Assembly (NCBI GenBank): GCA_951406725.2 | Contig: OX597825.1 | Span: 72,354,001 to 72,418,000, forward strand | DNA length: 64,000 nucleotides | From: Octopus vulgaris | Lineage: Eukaryota | Reading direction: 5' to 3' | Shown here: piece after piece, positions 28,113 through 41,888 of the stretch | Position numbering within the stretch: position 1 is the stretch's first letter | How the letters are laid out: every line of letters begins with the position of its first letter | The notes under the pieces: model-generated | Seen by the model: only the letters and a program-made list of their open reading frames with translations | Told to the model about the DNA's origin: nothing | The model's database searches: none | Translations under genes and position numbers: made by a program

Positions 28113-30472
28113 ATATATATATATATAGCAGGAAAAGTTCTAACATATCCCTGAGGAATTGAACTCTGTTCCTCCTGAAAACAGTTGACCGCACCAATCA
28201 ATACACCAAGGCAACATCATAACGCCGTATATATTGTTAAAGTCTTTTAAAAGCCCGTACAATGCAAACTAGAAATAAAGTATCACTATTGCTTTATATT
28301 TCGTGCTGAAGACCTCTTTGTCATGACAAGAAAATGAATGTAGAAGTCGAATTCGTATCGTGGGTGAAAGGATGCGACGTGCTGCGAAGACTTATAATAG
28401 CCTAACCGCTTCTGTTGTTCGCATCCATTTCTGATGTTTGTTAATAAGGAAAGCCTACGAAATCTTCGCATTTTAGATGTTCCGCTGTGTTGCCTTGATG
28501 TTAACTGGGTCGTTTTAGCTTTGATAAATTTCCAGATGTTTCTTAATTGTAGTGTTTGTGCCTGTTCTCTGATACAGTTATGCAGTTTCCGGATACTACT
28601 TCCACTGTAGAGACCGTTACCTTTATTTCAGATACATGCACATATCCGCCTTGCTGATGCTTTTTTTTGTAAATATGCACAAAATGGTGCTGTGTACTGG
28701 ACGTTTACTCCGTAAGTATTTTCCCAAAAAGTGACTGCCGTGCATCCCTTATGTATTCGATTCCTCTCTCTAAGTATCGCATGGAATTACAATAGTCATT
28801 CCAGCTCAAAATGATCCAGTCTCGGGAAATATATGCCATCTCTGGAAGTCTGACGATTTCTTCTGAAATTGTTGACATGCTGATGGTTGTTGAAACCTGT
28901 GGAGTAATCGATAGAATCTTTTGGAATCGTCATCTGATGAAGATTTTACAAGTTGCAAGTCAATGAATTCTTATTTTGTAGTTTGGCGAACATTGCTCTG
29001 GTGAGTAGTAATGCTCGGAGGGTTAGGGTTAGGCCCTTGCTGATCGATTCCCTAAAGAGATCGATATAAATGGATCTCACCTCCATACTTTTGAGTTGGA
29101 AAACCAGATTGAGAAAATGAGGGAGGTCCTAGGTCCCTAGGTTTTTGATTACGAGAGTATATACACACACAAACACACACATACATTACACCTAAACACA
29201 AACACATAAACACATAAACACATAAATACTTATACATACACCTACCCACTTATACATACACAGGCGCGAGGTGTGTACCGGAGATCATCATAAAAATAGA
29301 ATTGTTAATTGTAAATTTAATACACCATAAAGTCACATCTAGTACCAATGTTTTACCATAACGGTAGCGGCGATGCAAACGCGAATGTTGAGAATAAAAC
29401 GAAGTAAAGTCTTGGAACGAAACAAGAACCACCGTCTGTTATAGCACTTACGAAACTTAAAACTATAGAAAATAAAAACCGAAAATATTTCTTCATTACA
29501 AAACCAGACTAATTACTACCAAATGAAGAAATACGAAAAGAAATTATAAATCAAAATCTGCTGCTGTACCAAATTTGATATGAATAATGAGAGGACACCA
29601 TTTGTATGTGTTTTAGAAAAGTGACTGCGAGCTTAAAGAGAGTGAAAGAACTATAGCTATGCTCATGGGAAGTTCTACCATACTAAATTTGTAAATCCCA
29701 GAGAACAAGCACAGATGTCCGATGCATTTGACCAGTATAAAATAACACTTCATAAACCCTATTGTCTTATAAACGTCAATGACAAAATAAAATGGAGTTC
29801 CTGGGGAACAGATGTTCATGTAGCCATATATTGTTGTTTGTACCTGCTTGAATGCAAGTTAAGTAGGACAAGTTATAGCAATTAGGCAACTGTTTTCTTT
29901 GGCAACATGTAAATAAAGTACGTAAAGTGAATTATGGTGCAGCTTCAATGTATGTAAAGTTTCTCCCGCCATAACGTAAAGCTACAAGAAATAATAAACA
30001 CAGGACCCCTTTCTCTTAAAGGTACAAAGATTGAAATGTTGTGGAATGGGGTAAGTCGATTGCATCGATATTTGTGATCAAATTGCAATACTTTATCGAC
30101 CCCGGGAGCGTGAGAAGCAAAGTCGACTTCAGCAGAAGTTTGAACTCAGAACGTAAATATGGACGAAATGTCGCCAAGCATTCGGCTCGGCTTGTTAACG
30201 ATTCTGCCAGGTCACTGCATTTTATTGATTTTGGTACAAGGTCAGCATTCTTGAGGGGAAGTAGTTGGTCGATTACCTCGGTTCAAGTGCACAATTGGTA
30301 CTTATTTTAGCAATCACAAAAGGATGAAATGCAAAATCAATCTCAGCGAAATCAGAACGAAAATAGCTGGAAAATAATTTGTTGAGCATTTTGTCCGATT
30401 CGCTAACGTTTCTGCCAGCTCGACGCCTTAAAAATTCCTTCTGATAAAACTTCTGTAAGGTAACAATTAAGT

Positions 30473-30660
30473 AGAGGCACATGGCCTAGTGGTTAGAGCA
30501 GCGGACTCGCAGTCGAGGGACCACGGGTTCGAATCTCAGACCGGGCGATGTGTGTGTTTATGAGCGAAACACCTTAGCTCCACGCGGCTCCGGCAGAAGG
30601 TAATGGCGAACTTCTGGTGACTCTTTCGCCACAACTTTCTCTCAATCTTTCCTCCTGCAT
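30473..30660 (+). mobile_element. SINE group B 5' part (B1-type)
   Basis: 'gaggcacatggcctagtggttagagcagcggactcgc...gagcgaaacaccttagctccacgcggctccggcag'. Confidence 0.75.
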
Positions 30661-31944
30661 CTTTGGTCGGTCCGAAGCTATAGTAGACACTTGGTCGAGG
30701 TTGCACTCTGTTGGATTGAAACCGAAATCATGTGTTTCGGAAGCAAACTTCTTACCACACAGCCATGCTTTTGTGTACCGAATTCCCTCAGAAGGCAATA
30801 GTCGGCGCACAAGGCTTGAGCATTTGGGATGACACAGTGGAACTGAACCCGAAATCACGCGGATGCAAAGCGAATTTCTTAACTACGAGGTTATTCCTGC
30901 CGAAATAGACATAAAAATCAACCATCATGAAATGTCACTGTGGAGTAAATTTTTGATGCTATCACATCCTTCATTTTGTTGTCACACACAAAATCATTCT
31001 ATACCTTTAAGAATAACTTAATACAGTGATAGGTACAGCATAATCGCCCACCAGATGTCACGAATCAGTGTATAATATTAGAGGAATGCTTCAAAAATAT
31101 AGAAGCGTTATTAAGGGAACTGAATCGGCTTAGAAATATTTCCGTTTGAATGACCTTAATCGTCCAAACCTCAGATAGCCACAGGACTATATTTTCTGGA
31201 GAATGTCACAACACCGAAGATATGCAGAATCTCTATGCTTGACCTCGCCAACACGGTGTTCAATGAAGTAGATTATTCTCTACCCAGCCAGAATTAATAG
31301 CACTCAAGATCAACGTTTTAAAAACAGTGCATACTTTATTCGTAATGTGAAGGTCAAAAATAACATGAATTAACAATGTGTGATTATTTTAATCTGTTGC
31401 TCAACGCCTCACAAAACGGAGTTCAGATATTTGCTGGCAAAATTTCTACAAGTTGGGCTGGAAATCACTTCAGAGAGAAACCAACCCACAAAATGAATTT
31501 GCGCATGCAAAAAGGTAACTTCCCAACTACATGATTTGGGGGTTTATTCCCACTGCCTGGCACCGTGACCAAGGGTCAGCTCCCGGCCGACCAGAGCCTT
31601 GTAAGCGAATTTGGTAGAATAGAATCCGAGAGATGCCGGTCGTGTGTCTGTGTGTGTGCGTGTGTGTGTGTGTGCGTGTAATGTGTGTGTGCGTGTAATG
31701 TGTGTGTGTGCGTGTAATGCGTGTAATGTGTGTGTGCGTGTAATGTGTGTGTGTGTGTGTGTGTGTGCGTGTGTAGATATGTGTATGTATAGATATACAT
31801 GTGTGTGTGTGTGCGTGTGTTTTTGTATTTATATTGTGTTTGTCCCCTAACACTGCCTGACAGCAGGTGTTGATTTGTTGACATACACGTAGTTTAATGG
31901 TTAGACAATGGTGACGACAGAATAAGTACCAGACTTTAAAAAAT

Positions 31945-32210
31945 ACGTGGATAAAAAGGGTTTAACACGCCTCCCCAAGAATATTCATGCTGACATGCTG
32001 ACATTAGGAGTTACTACGTAAGGGGACGACGCTCCAGTTTTATCTAGAGTGAAAAAGTGGGCGGCTGTATTTAGGAGAGGAAAAATGACCTATAGGCTAA
32101 ATGTCTTGCAACTGCCACCACCGAGGAAAACATTGATTGCGTTCCCCACATGTTGATGGGTGACTGATGACTGACAATAAATCAAATGGTCAAGACTATT
32201 ACCGTATCCC
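31945..32210 (+). pseudogene. Decayed mariner-like transposase N-terminal fragment (second family)
   Basis: Frameshifted translation KGLT..PKNIHADM...GDDAPVLSRVKKWAAVFRRG...ATATTEENIDCV.HMLMGD..LTINQ matches the mariner HTH region. Confidence 0.65.
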
Positions 32211-33146
32211 AGGTAACAAATGATTGGCTGCTTGAATTCCAGAGAATATTTCTAACAAAAGAACAAGAGATCACATGGACCCTGATACCGTATCCCAGGT
32301 AACAAATGATTGGCTGCTTGAATTCCAGAGAATATTTCTAACAAAAGAACAAGAGATCACATGGACCCTGATACCGTATCCCAAGTAACAAATGATTGGC
32401 TGCTTGAATTCCAGAGAATATTTCTTACAAAAGAACAAGAGATCACATGGACCCTGATACCGTATCCCAGGTAACAAATTATTGGCTGCTTGAATTCCAG
32501 AGAATATTTCTAACAAAAGAACAAGAGATCACATGGACCCTGATACCGTATCCCAGGTAACAAATGATTGGCTGCTTGAATTCCAGAGAATATTTCTAAC
32601 AAAAGAACAAGAGATCACATGGACCCTGATACCGTATCCTAGGTAACAAATGATTGGCTGCTTGAATTCCAGAGAATATTTTTTACAAAAGAACAAGAGA
32701 TCACATGGACCCTGATACCGTATCCCAGGTAACAAATTATTGGCTGCTTGAATTCCAGAGAATATTTCTAACAAAAGAACAAGAGATCACATGGACCCTG
32801 ATACCGTATCCCAGGTAACAAATGATTGGCTGCTTGAATTCCAGAGAATATTTCTAACAAAAGAACAAGAGATCACATGGACCCTGATACCGTATCCCAG
32901 GTAACAAATGATTGGCTGCTTGAATTCCAGAGAATATTTCTAACAAAAGAACAAGAGATCACATGGACCCTGATACCGTATCCCAGGTAACAAATGATTG
33001 GCTGCTTGAATTCCAGAGAATATTTCTAACAAAAGAACAAGAGATCACATGGACCCTGATACCGTATCCCAGGTAACAAATTATTGGCTGCTTGAATTCC
33101 AGAGAATATTTCTAACAAAAGAACAAGAGATCACATGGACCCTGAT
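32201..33146. repeat. Minisatellite, 11 x 86 bp
   Basis: Unit accgtatcccaggtaacaaatgattggctgcttgaattccagagaatatttctaacaaaagaacaagagatcacatggaccctgat. Near-identical copies with no spacers. Confidence 0.95.
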
Positions 33147-33511
33147 ACAGAAATTGTTTTCATTTGTCTAAAGGTGTTTCCTCGGCTATGTTCTCACAAC
33201 TTACTCTGAACTCGAAGCAATTCAATGGCTCCTCCACTAAGAAGGTTGTCTATATATTGCACTTAAACTCCTGTCACAGATTAAACGTTTTTGAATGTCT
33301 GCCCTGCGGTGAAGTAAAAGCAGTTATTCAGTAATATATATGTTACTGAAACAAGTAAAAGAGTAAAAGAGAAAATAATATTAAAATTGTTATTTTATAG
33401 AGAAAAGAGAAAAAAACGACAGTGCATCAGCATGGCCGCAGCTCTCAGCTGAAACAAAAAATAAATATATATTTCGAAGATCTTGGAGTGACCGATACTT
33501 GAAAATTACTT

Positions 33512-33675
33512 GCGAAGGAGTAGCTGTGTGGTAAGTAGCTTGCTTACCAACCACATGTTTCCGGAATCAGTACCACTGCGTGGCACCTTGGTCTAGTGCC
33601 TTCTACTATAGCCTTGGGCCGACCAAAGCCTTGTGAATGGATTTGGTAGACGGAAAGTGAAAGAAGAGTGTCGTA

Positions 33676-33728
<53 letters not shown>

Positions 33729-33940
33729 GTGTATATGTGTGTTTGTCCCCCCAACACCGCTTGACAACCGATGCTGGTGTGTTTACCTCCCCGTAACTTA
33801 GCGGTTCGGCAAAAGACACCGATAGAATAAGTACTAGGCTTACAAAGAATAAGTTCTGGGGTCGATTTGCTCGACTAAAGGCGGCGCTCCAGCATGGTCG
33901 CAGTCAAATGACTGAAACAAGTAGAAGAGTAAAAGAGTAA
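33512..33940 (+). mobile_element. SINE group C, full length
   Basis: Head, CORE-like 'ggcaccttgg', internal (TA)n(TG)n and tail '(gagtaaaa)n'. Confidence 0.82.
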
Positions 33941-34298
33941 GTAATATTCAATACTGGTGATTGAATAATAAGTCTCTTCACCCGTTGTCGGAGAAATTTA
34001 TCGTGGTTTATGTCATTTGTTATATGATTTCAACAGAACTGGAAAGTTACAAGTGTAATAGTGTGATTTTCTAAGGCAAGTAAAGACACATAAAAGTGTT
34101 GACAGATTTGGCTCAGCGCCTTGGAGACTATTTTGGTAGGTCGTTACTCTCTGTAATTGATCTTCTAAATGTGACTTCAGTTACAAGACAGCCCACTACC
34201 AGCAGTTATAATTATATTGCCAGAATACGGAAAACACTGAAAAGCAATTATGTTGTCGGCAAATTACTGAAAATTCTCAAGGCCATTTATAAATAAGA

Positions 34299-34534
34299 CA
34301 AGCTATTTTGACCCGTGCTTCGCTCGGGTTTTGGTGGTGAGGGCAACCAAACGGTAGCCTCGAGCGACTTGCAACCCTCCTCACACCATTGCCCACCCCA
34401 TTTTACCCCCAGTGTAAATTTTGGCGCCAATCCGACCCCATCTACCGCCCCTTAAACCGTTCCCATCCCAAAATGAGATAAACAACCAAGAAATCAAATG
34501 AACCTTTTTCGCATTTCAGCTTTATAGATATTGA
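34299..34534 (-). mobile_element. Probable non-autonomous Helitron-like element (second family)
   Basis: Minus strand starts A|TCaatatctataaagctg and ends with hairpin acccgagcgaagcacgggt followed by ...gCTTG|T. Confidence 0.5.
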
Positions 34535-34984
34535 TGATGGAAGTAACATCTAATGGTAGAAAGTTATTTGCACGTAGCTATTATCCCTTTAACGCCAGCG
34601 TTTCTCATAGGTGGAGGGCAATTTCCTCGGGGACGCAGGTCTTCGAGAACTTAAAAGTAGCGAACAGATTGCCATGTGTAATAAATTTAAGGATGTTTTA
34701 CACTTTTTAAACTCACCCAATACTATGGTGAAGAGAGAAAGAATTGGATGCAAACCTTACTTAATGTTCCCGTTAATATAAAGTGAGATGGGCAAAATCT
34801 TTAATATTTTATAGGTAGAACTGGTATTTGTCTCCTTGGTGGTCACTGCTGTCGTGCACTACTACATGGACACACACCTATGAGAGATTGTAATACTATG
34901 TTGGGGGCCTGTATGATACCTGGTAATTATCATAAATAAAGTCACACTTTCTCAGGTTCATATCTTAAGTTTTTATATCTAGAG

Positions 34985-35485
34985 ATGGTAACAGGGTGCA
35001 AATGACTGGCTGCTTGAATTCCTGAAAATATTTCTAACAGAAGAACAAGAGATTACATAGATCCTGTTACAGAAATGGCTTTTCCCCCCCAGCTATGTTT
35101 TCATAGTGTCGAACTCACTCTCAACTCGAAGCAATTCAATGGCCCTCCACTATGAAGATCGTCTATATATTGTTTTCTACTCTAGGCACAATGCCCAAAG
35201 TTTTGGAGGAGGATGCCAGTCGATTAGATCCACCATATTACGCAACTGGTACTTAATCTATCGACCCCGAAATTTGAACTCAGAACGTAAGGACAGACGA
35301 AGTACCGTTAAGCGTTTCGGTCCGGCATGCTAAAGTCTCTGCCAGTTCGACCCCTTCGATCGTCTATATATTGCAATTAAATTTCTGTCACGGATTGAAC
35401 GCTTTCGAATGTCCGACCTTCAGGGAACTTGAAACGGTTATTCAGCAATATGTATATTTCGGAGATCTTGGGGGTGACCGGTACT
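34985..35485 (+). repeat. Diverged paralog of 33070-33500 (single copy of most of the minisatellite monomer plus downstream sequence)
   Basis: 'caaatgactggctgcttgaattcctgaaaatatttctaacagaagaacaagagattacatagatcctgttacagaaat' and following sequence align to 33070-33500. Confidence 0.8.
35173..35357 (-). mobile_element. Group A SINE (tail B) with 16-bp TSD
   Basis: TSD gatcgtctatatattg at 35157-35172 and 35358-35373. The paralogous site near 33245 is empty. Confidence 0.85.
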
Positions 35486-36042
35486 AAACTCTGGTAGTAA
35501 ACCCACGGGAAATCTCTGATCTGGATGCCAAAGTTATCCCCTACCGTACCCTATCAAATGTTGGCATTCAAAGGAGTCAAGCTTTTCTCACAAGGTGCAA
35601 GAAATATGCATGGATTGAATTACTTAACTCAAAAGAACATTTGGATATTTTAGTGTGAAAGATCTCTGAAAACCTGCATCATTACAAGGGGTTCACTGTA
35701 GGGACAGCAACACCAAAGGTTTTCATTTATTCTTCTTTCACCAAATCTTAAACATAAAGGTAATACAAGATTCTATAGCATTTATGATAATGCCCTAGCA
35801 TGACCGCAGGTAACTGGTTTCAGTCAGCTGAATAAGTTAAAAGGATTATACAAGAACAAGGTTTCAGGAGTGACAGATGAAAATATGTTCTTTTAGGTTG
35901 CTATCTGAAGATAAAGTGAAGGAGTGACAGCTTTATATTTCTTACTTACATAACACACATACATACACATACGTTCATCTTTACGTATCTATATAACATT
36001 TACCTAGTATATGCATGCGTATACATTTATATTTATGCACTC

Positions 36043-36084
<42 letters not shown>

Positions 36085-36394
36085 CATTTGTACATATACA
36101 TATAATACGTATGTAAAAATATGTATATGTATCATGTACATGTACATATAATTATGTATGTGTATACCTAGTATATGTATTATGTACACACACATACATA
36201 CATACATACATACATACATACATACATACATACATACATACATACATGCATAATGCATGCATGCATACATACATACATACATACATGCATACATACATAC
36301 ATACATACATACATACATACATACATACATACATACATACATGCATACATACATACATATATATATATGTACATACATACATGTATCTATGTGT

Positions 36395-36470
36395 GTAGTG
36401 GGTGACTTAAATGCAGGAGTTGGAAAAACAAAATCATCGCGTTTGCAAGAAAGTACTGGGAAAAGACTGC
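36395..36470 (+). pseudogene. Small APE-endonuclease fragment of a LINE (RTE-like)
   Basis: Translation VVGDLNAGVGK carries the GD(F/L)NA.VG motif. Short match only. Confidence 0.4.
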
Positions 36471-36636
36471 GTTGGCAATCTGGCAATTTTGATCCAATGA
36501 AGACCAAATCCACGGCAAACAAATTAAGTCCTGGATTTCATCATATGAAGATTATATTTTAACACTTAACATGAAAAAAACTCAATGGATGCACCAACCT
36601 ACTCCATGGTTGACCCAACAAAACATCAAAATAATT

Positions 36637-36928
36637 AGGCGCAGGAGTGGCTGTGTGGTAAGTAGCTTGCTAACCAACCACATAGTTCCGGGTTCAGTCC
36701 CACTGCGTGGCATCTTGGGCAAGTGTCTTCTGCTATAGCCCCGGGCCGACCAATGCCTTGTGAGTGGATTTGGTAGACGGAAACTGAAAGAAACCTGTCG
36801 TATATATGTATATATATATATATATATATGCATGTGCGTATGTATTTGTGTGTCTGTGTTTGTCCCCTTAGCATTGCTTGACAGCCGATGCTGGTGTGTT
36901 TACGTCCCCGTCACTTAGCGGTTCGGCA
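36637..36928 (+). mobile_element. SINE group C, 3'-truncated
   Basis: Near-consensus head and internal microsatellite, fused to an antisense group A head at ~36940-37025. Confidence 0.8.
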
Positions 36929-38864
36929 CGACCACGACGGCATTTGAACTCAGAACGTGCAGATCGCCGAAATGACGCTAAGCATTTTTACCTGGCGTGC
37001 TAACGATTCTCCCAGCTTGCCGCCTAAAATGTTTTTCATGCTATTAATAATTAAAGTACAATCCACTTTATCAATTCACTAAGAAGCTATCATATACTTG
37101 TTTATATTTTTAGTAAAATAATTGCAGAATGAGATAAATACCTGTTTCTGGATCAATAAAAGCAATGATTTTTTTCCTATTCGGAGCTGGAGTGAGCAAC
37201 CTGCTCTTAATGTTGTGCTTTTATTTTCCTATTTTTGCTTGGTGAATATAAAAGCCCTAGGAACGGGCATAAAATTCCGTAACACAGCGTATTTCTACCA
37301 CTCTTGTGCATTCCACATATGTTTTCAATATGTTTTCAATATGTTTTCCTGTTCGAATCCGAATGAGAAATACTAGATTGCTTCTTCATTAGCCGTTAAT
37401 TGAAAATAAATTGTAACTATTCTTTTCACAAGCCAAGGAGTGGTCATATCTTTAGTCCCTGACTAGATATGGCAGCGAATTCCGCTTCAAATCGCACCCT
37501 ATCATCTTACAAGAAGGATTACTGGATATCTAAATACACTATTCAGCCTTAAAATAAAAGTCGCAGTTGGAAGACATTGCATTATAAATCTGCTCAGGAT
37601 CACCAAAGCTAAACAGCAACAACAATAACAAATTCAATAACACCCATAGCAACAACAATAACCGATCTATTTCTTCAAAATCTCTTCGCATCCTCTAAAC
37701 GCCATTTAATGGCCTGCATAAAATTACATCACATTTTGCGATCCAGGTTAATTTCTCAAATCGGGATATCTTTACGGATGACCTGTTGAATTTTTCAGTA
37801 ATGCTAGCAACACCCACTGCATTATTCGAGCATGACAGTAGTTTCACAGGAGCTCAACAAATTTCCTTCCTTTTACAGATCCAATTCGTTATCAAATATA
37901 GAATTATTGATTTACTATCAAAATTGACTTCCTATCGCATGCGCTGTGTCATTCCCACGAATATTATTTAGTTACTGTTGGTTTTAGACGAACGAAATCT
38001 GATATATAAACTCAATACTTTACACTGTGAAATGACGTTAACTTCACACACAAATTAATGTGCGGTAAGAGAGAGAAATAAAGAGAGAGATAGAAAGAAA
38101 TAGAGAGGAAGGGGAGAAAGAGAAACAGAGACACAGAGAGAGAATATTGCTGATATCATTCGCATCATTTTTCAACACCAGAGAATTAATTCACTCAACG
38201 AATTCAAGCGCATAATTTTACTGCACCAAAATTTTGGTAGTATAACGTTAGATATCGTGGAAAGAGATGATTCAAGAACTTTCTGTACAAGACAAGCAAT
38301 AATTGTCAACCATTATTTTCACTTCTTTCCCTTTACTTTGTTACCTCCCACTTTATATTCTTTAATCTATGCTTCTTAGCATTTGCGTATTTGCTCCCAT
38401 TACTAAAAGATTTATTCCGCTGCTTTGTTTAATTTTTACTAACTTCCACGTTACTCCCCGACTTGACATTATGATTTAAATGTCTTTTTACGTAGTCGAT
38501 CTTCAAACACATTCAGTAACTCTCAATCTAATTCTATCACCAAAAATGTAACTAACGCTGGCTTTTGTACATGACAGGCATACCATATTATACTATATTA
38601 CTAGCGTGAATGCAAAGAAAAGATATTTAATTTGATATGCTAGCTGCTAGCATTCACTGTCCCAAATAGCAGTTTGAAATAGATCATTCAGCCACGATAA
38701 TTTAGATATCAATGCAGTGTTATAAAATGTATTAAAATATTGTGATTATCTATCTACCACCTTCTGTAATGTATGCCATGTGATTCAAGCAGGGTTTAAT
38801 TTCATAGTAAAGATATTTCAAACATCTTTACGCATCGTCTTACTCCAGCATTAATATTCGTTTC

Positions 38865-39385
38865 AAATTTTGGCACAAGGCCAGAAATTTCGGGGGCGGG
38901 GCCAAGTTGATTACAGCGACCTCGGCGGAATTTGAACTCAGAACATAGCGACAGACGAAATACCTATTTCTTTATTACCCACAAGGGGCTAAACATAGAG
39001 GGGACAAACAAGGACAGACATAGGTATTAAGTCGATTACATCGACTCCAGTGCGTAACTGGTACTTAATTTATCGACCCCGAAAGGATGAAAGGCAAAGT
39101 CACCTCGGCGGAATTTGAACTCAGAACATAGCGACAGACGAAATACCTATTTCTTTATTACCCACAAGGGGCTAAACATAGAGGGGACAAACAAGGACAG
39201 ACATAGGTATTAAGTCGATTACATCGACTCCAGTGCGTAACTGGTACTTAATTTATCGACCCCGAAAGGATGAAAGGCAAAGTCGACCTCGGCGGAATTT
39301 GAACTCAGAACGTAACGGCTAACGAAATACCTCTAAGCATTTTGTCAAGTATGCTAACGACTCTGCTACTAGCTCACCGCCTTTA
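38865..39385 (-). mobile_element. Group A SINE multimer (head + two near-identical ~184-bp units + tail B)
   Basis: 38919-39101 is approximately equal to 39102-39286. Confidence 0.82.
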
Positions 39386-40364
39386 CTCAAACATTTAATT
39401 TTGGTTTCGAGTTCAGGCACAAAGCCTGCAAATTTGTGGGAGAGAATAAGTCGATTACGTCGACCCCAGCGCACAACAGGTACTTACTTTTTCGACCCTG
39501 AAAGGATGAAAAGCAAAGTGAACCTCCAGCATTAATGCTGTCTTCAAATTTTGGCGCAAGGCCAGCAATTTGAGAGGAGGGGTTAAGTCGATTGCGTCGA
39601 CTCCAGTGCTCAACTGGTACTTATTTTAAAAGATGAAAGGCAACTAGTACCTTAAAAGAAGAGAGGCAAAGTCGGACCTCCAGCATTAATATTCGTTTCA
39701 AATAAGGTGGCGAGCTAGCAGAATCGTTAGCACGCCGGATAAAATACTTTGCGGCTTTTCATCCGCATGAGTTCAAATTCCGCCGAAGTCGACTTTGCCT
39801 TTCTCCTTTCGAGGACGATAAACTAAGTATCAGTTGAACACTTTCTCCGGAATGCTGCTGAAAATTTGAAACCATCCCCTTCTTTCTTCCAGCTTGCTTA
39901 GGTATTTTAATGTAGGTAGCACAATGATCCAGTGAGAAGAGTTTGAGACACCCAGTGAATAATTTGTACATAAAGTTCTGCCAAGGTATTGAGCGGTAAT
40001 TTTTAACATTTGTATGTAAGTATGTATGTTTGTAGGAGCAGGAAACTTTTAAGCAATAACAACAAGTTCGTTTGCATCCAATGATAGCGACTATTTCTTT
40101 TTGGACGAATGCATACCTTGCTCAGAGAGTGGAAATGATACTACGCAAGTGCTATTGAATCGCTTGACTTTTAACACCTCTTTTGTGTGCTGCATGCTGC
40201 ATGGCTGGCTGTAACCAGCAGAACCGTGAAGCAACATATACACCACTCATGATTAAGGGAGCAGTCAAGCGGTGACATTACACGAAATTGATTTGCAAAC
40301 ATTATACATTTGCGTGTGCGCATGTGTGTGTGTACGTACGTATGCATGTATGTATGTAGGTACG

Positions 40365-40610
40365 GACGAGTTTCATCGACGCAGCATACGTTCAGTTCTG
40401 GGAATCTCTTACGAGGAGAGAGTGAGAAACGAAAAGATGACAAGAAGACTGGACAAGGGAAATTTGCAGGACAAGGTGAGTAAGCAGCGGATGTGTTTTA
40501 CTGGCCATGTGGCTTGAATACCGCGGGTTAGACTAACTATCATCGTGTGGCAGAGTGGATGTCAGGAGGAGGGAAAAGACCTAGAGGGAGAACAAGGCAG
40601 ACGTGGTGCA
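40365..40610 (+). pseudogene. RTE-like LINE ORF C-terminal fragment
   Basis: FHRRSIRSVLGISYEERVRNE...QRMCFTGHVA...GGKRPRGR.RQTW resembles the post-RT region of RTE-clade ORFs. Confidence 0.65.
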
Positions 40611-40614
40611 ATTA

Positions 40615-40848
40615 TAAGGCGGCGAGGTGGCGGAAATGTTAGCGCGCCGGGCGAAATGCTTGACGGTGTTTCGTCTGCCATTACGTTCTGAGTTCAAATT
40701 CCGCCGAGGTCGACTTTGCCTTTCATCCTTTTGGCGTCGATAAATTACGTACCATTTACGCACTGGGGTCGATGTAATCGACTCAATCCCTTTGTCTGTT
40801 CTTGTTTGTCCACTCTATGTTTAGCCCCTTGTGGGTAATAAAGAAGAA
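40615..40848 (+). mobile_element. Group A SINE monomer with 12-bp TSD
   Basis: TSD agacgtggtgca (40599-40610) / agatgtggtgca (40849-40860). Confidence 0.85.
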
Positions 40849-41317
40849 AGATGTGGTGCAGTACGTTCCGGGATGCATCTTCAGTAAGTTCACTGTCTTC
40901 AATTCACCCCCAGGGTAGGTTCACTGTCATTCGCTCCCCGATTCTTTTCAATAAAGTAGTGCTTTAACTATTAATGGTGAGATACTATGGATAAATTTTC
41001 TCGGTAAACTTTCCTTACGGTGAACTTTCCTCACATTGAACTTTCTTCGCGGTGAATTGGTGACGATGAGTTTGCTTGTAATCTCCGGGACGACATGATA
41101 GAGATGAATGTTGGTCCTAATGGAACCGGCGGGAGGCGAGCAATGGGAATGTCCGGAGAAAGCTCATTGTCCGTTGATCTGACAGCAGTGGGAAATCTAA
41201 GAGCTAAGAGTTGTATATATGCATGCATGTACGTATGTAGGTAGGTAGGTAGGTAGGTAGGTAGGTAGGTAGCTGGGTAGGTAGGTAGATACAGAGATAG
41301 GTATATATATATATATA

Positions 41318-41368
<51 letters not shown>

Positions 41369-41400
41369 CGTATGTATATACATGATAGATGTGTAGATAC

Positions 41401-41450
<50 letters not shown>

Positions 41451-41888
41451 CTAGAAAAAGGAGATGACAGCAGAATAAACGGTACATATTTAATGACCTT
41501 CGTTCCAAAATGGTGGTAACTGTTGTTCTTCTTGTCGCTGTTGCTCGCGTTAATGTTGTCACTCCGGCTCTCGTTATTTCTACAATTCTTTATTCTGTAA
41601 AATCATTGGTACTTGATGTTGCTGCTATTACTGTTCTTGACATGGTTCAATTCTTCTTTGGCCTCTAATATGCTTTCAAATTTTGGTAGAAGGCCAGCAA
41701 TTTTGAGAGAAATAAGCAAGTCGAAGGACTTCATTGGTATTTGGTTTCATCGACCACGAAAGGATAAAATGCAAAGTTGACCTCGGCAGTATTCTAACTG
41801 AACCAGAAAAAACGTCGCCATCGCCAAGTTCTTTGGCCCACGCGCTAACATCTCCGCCAGCTCGTCTCCTTCATTTTCCTCAAATATT

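Noticed and set aside
28290-29000. Higher-complexity stretch that might be a host exon or decayed ORF
   Set aside because: The frames I tried are interrupted by stops and give no recognisable protein or splice structure.
29021-29034. gggttagggttagg telomere-like motif
   Set aside because: Only about two units, too short to call an interstitial telomere or healing event.
32201-33146. Regular 86-bp array as a possible CRISPR
   Set aside because: No unique spacers, no cas genes and a eukaryotic context. It is a plain tandem repeat.
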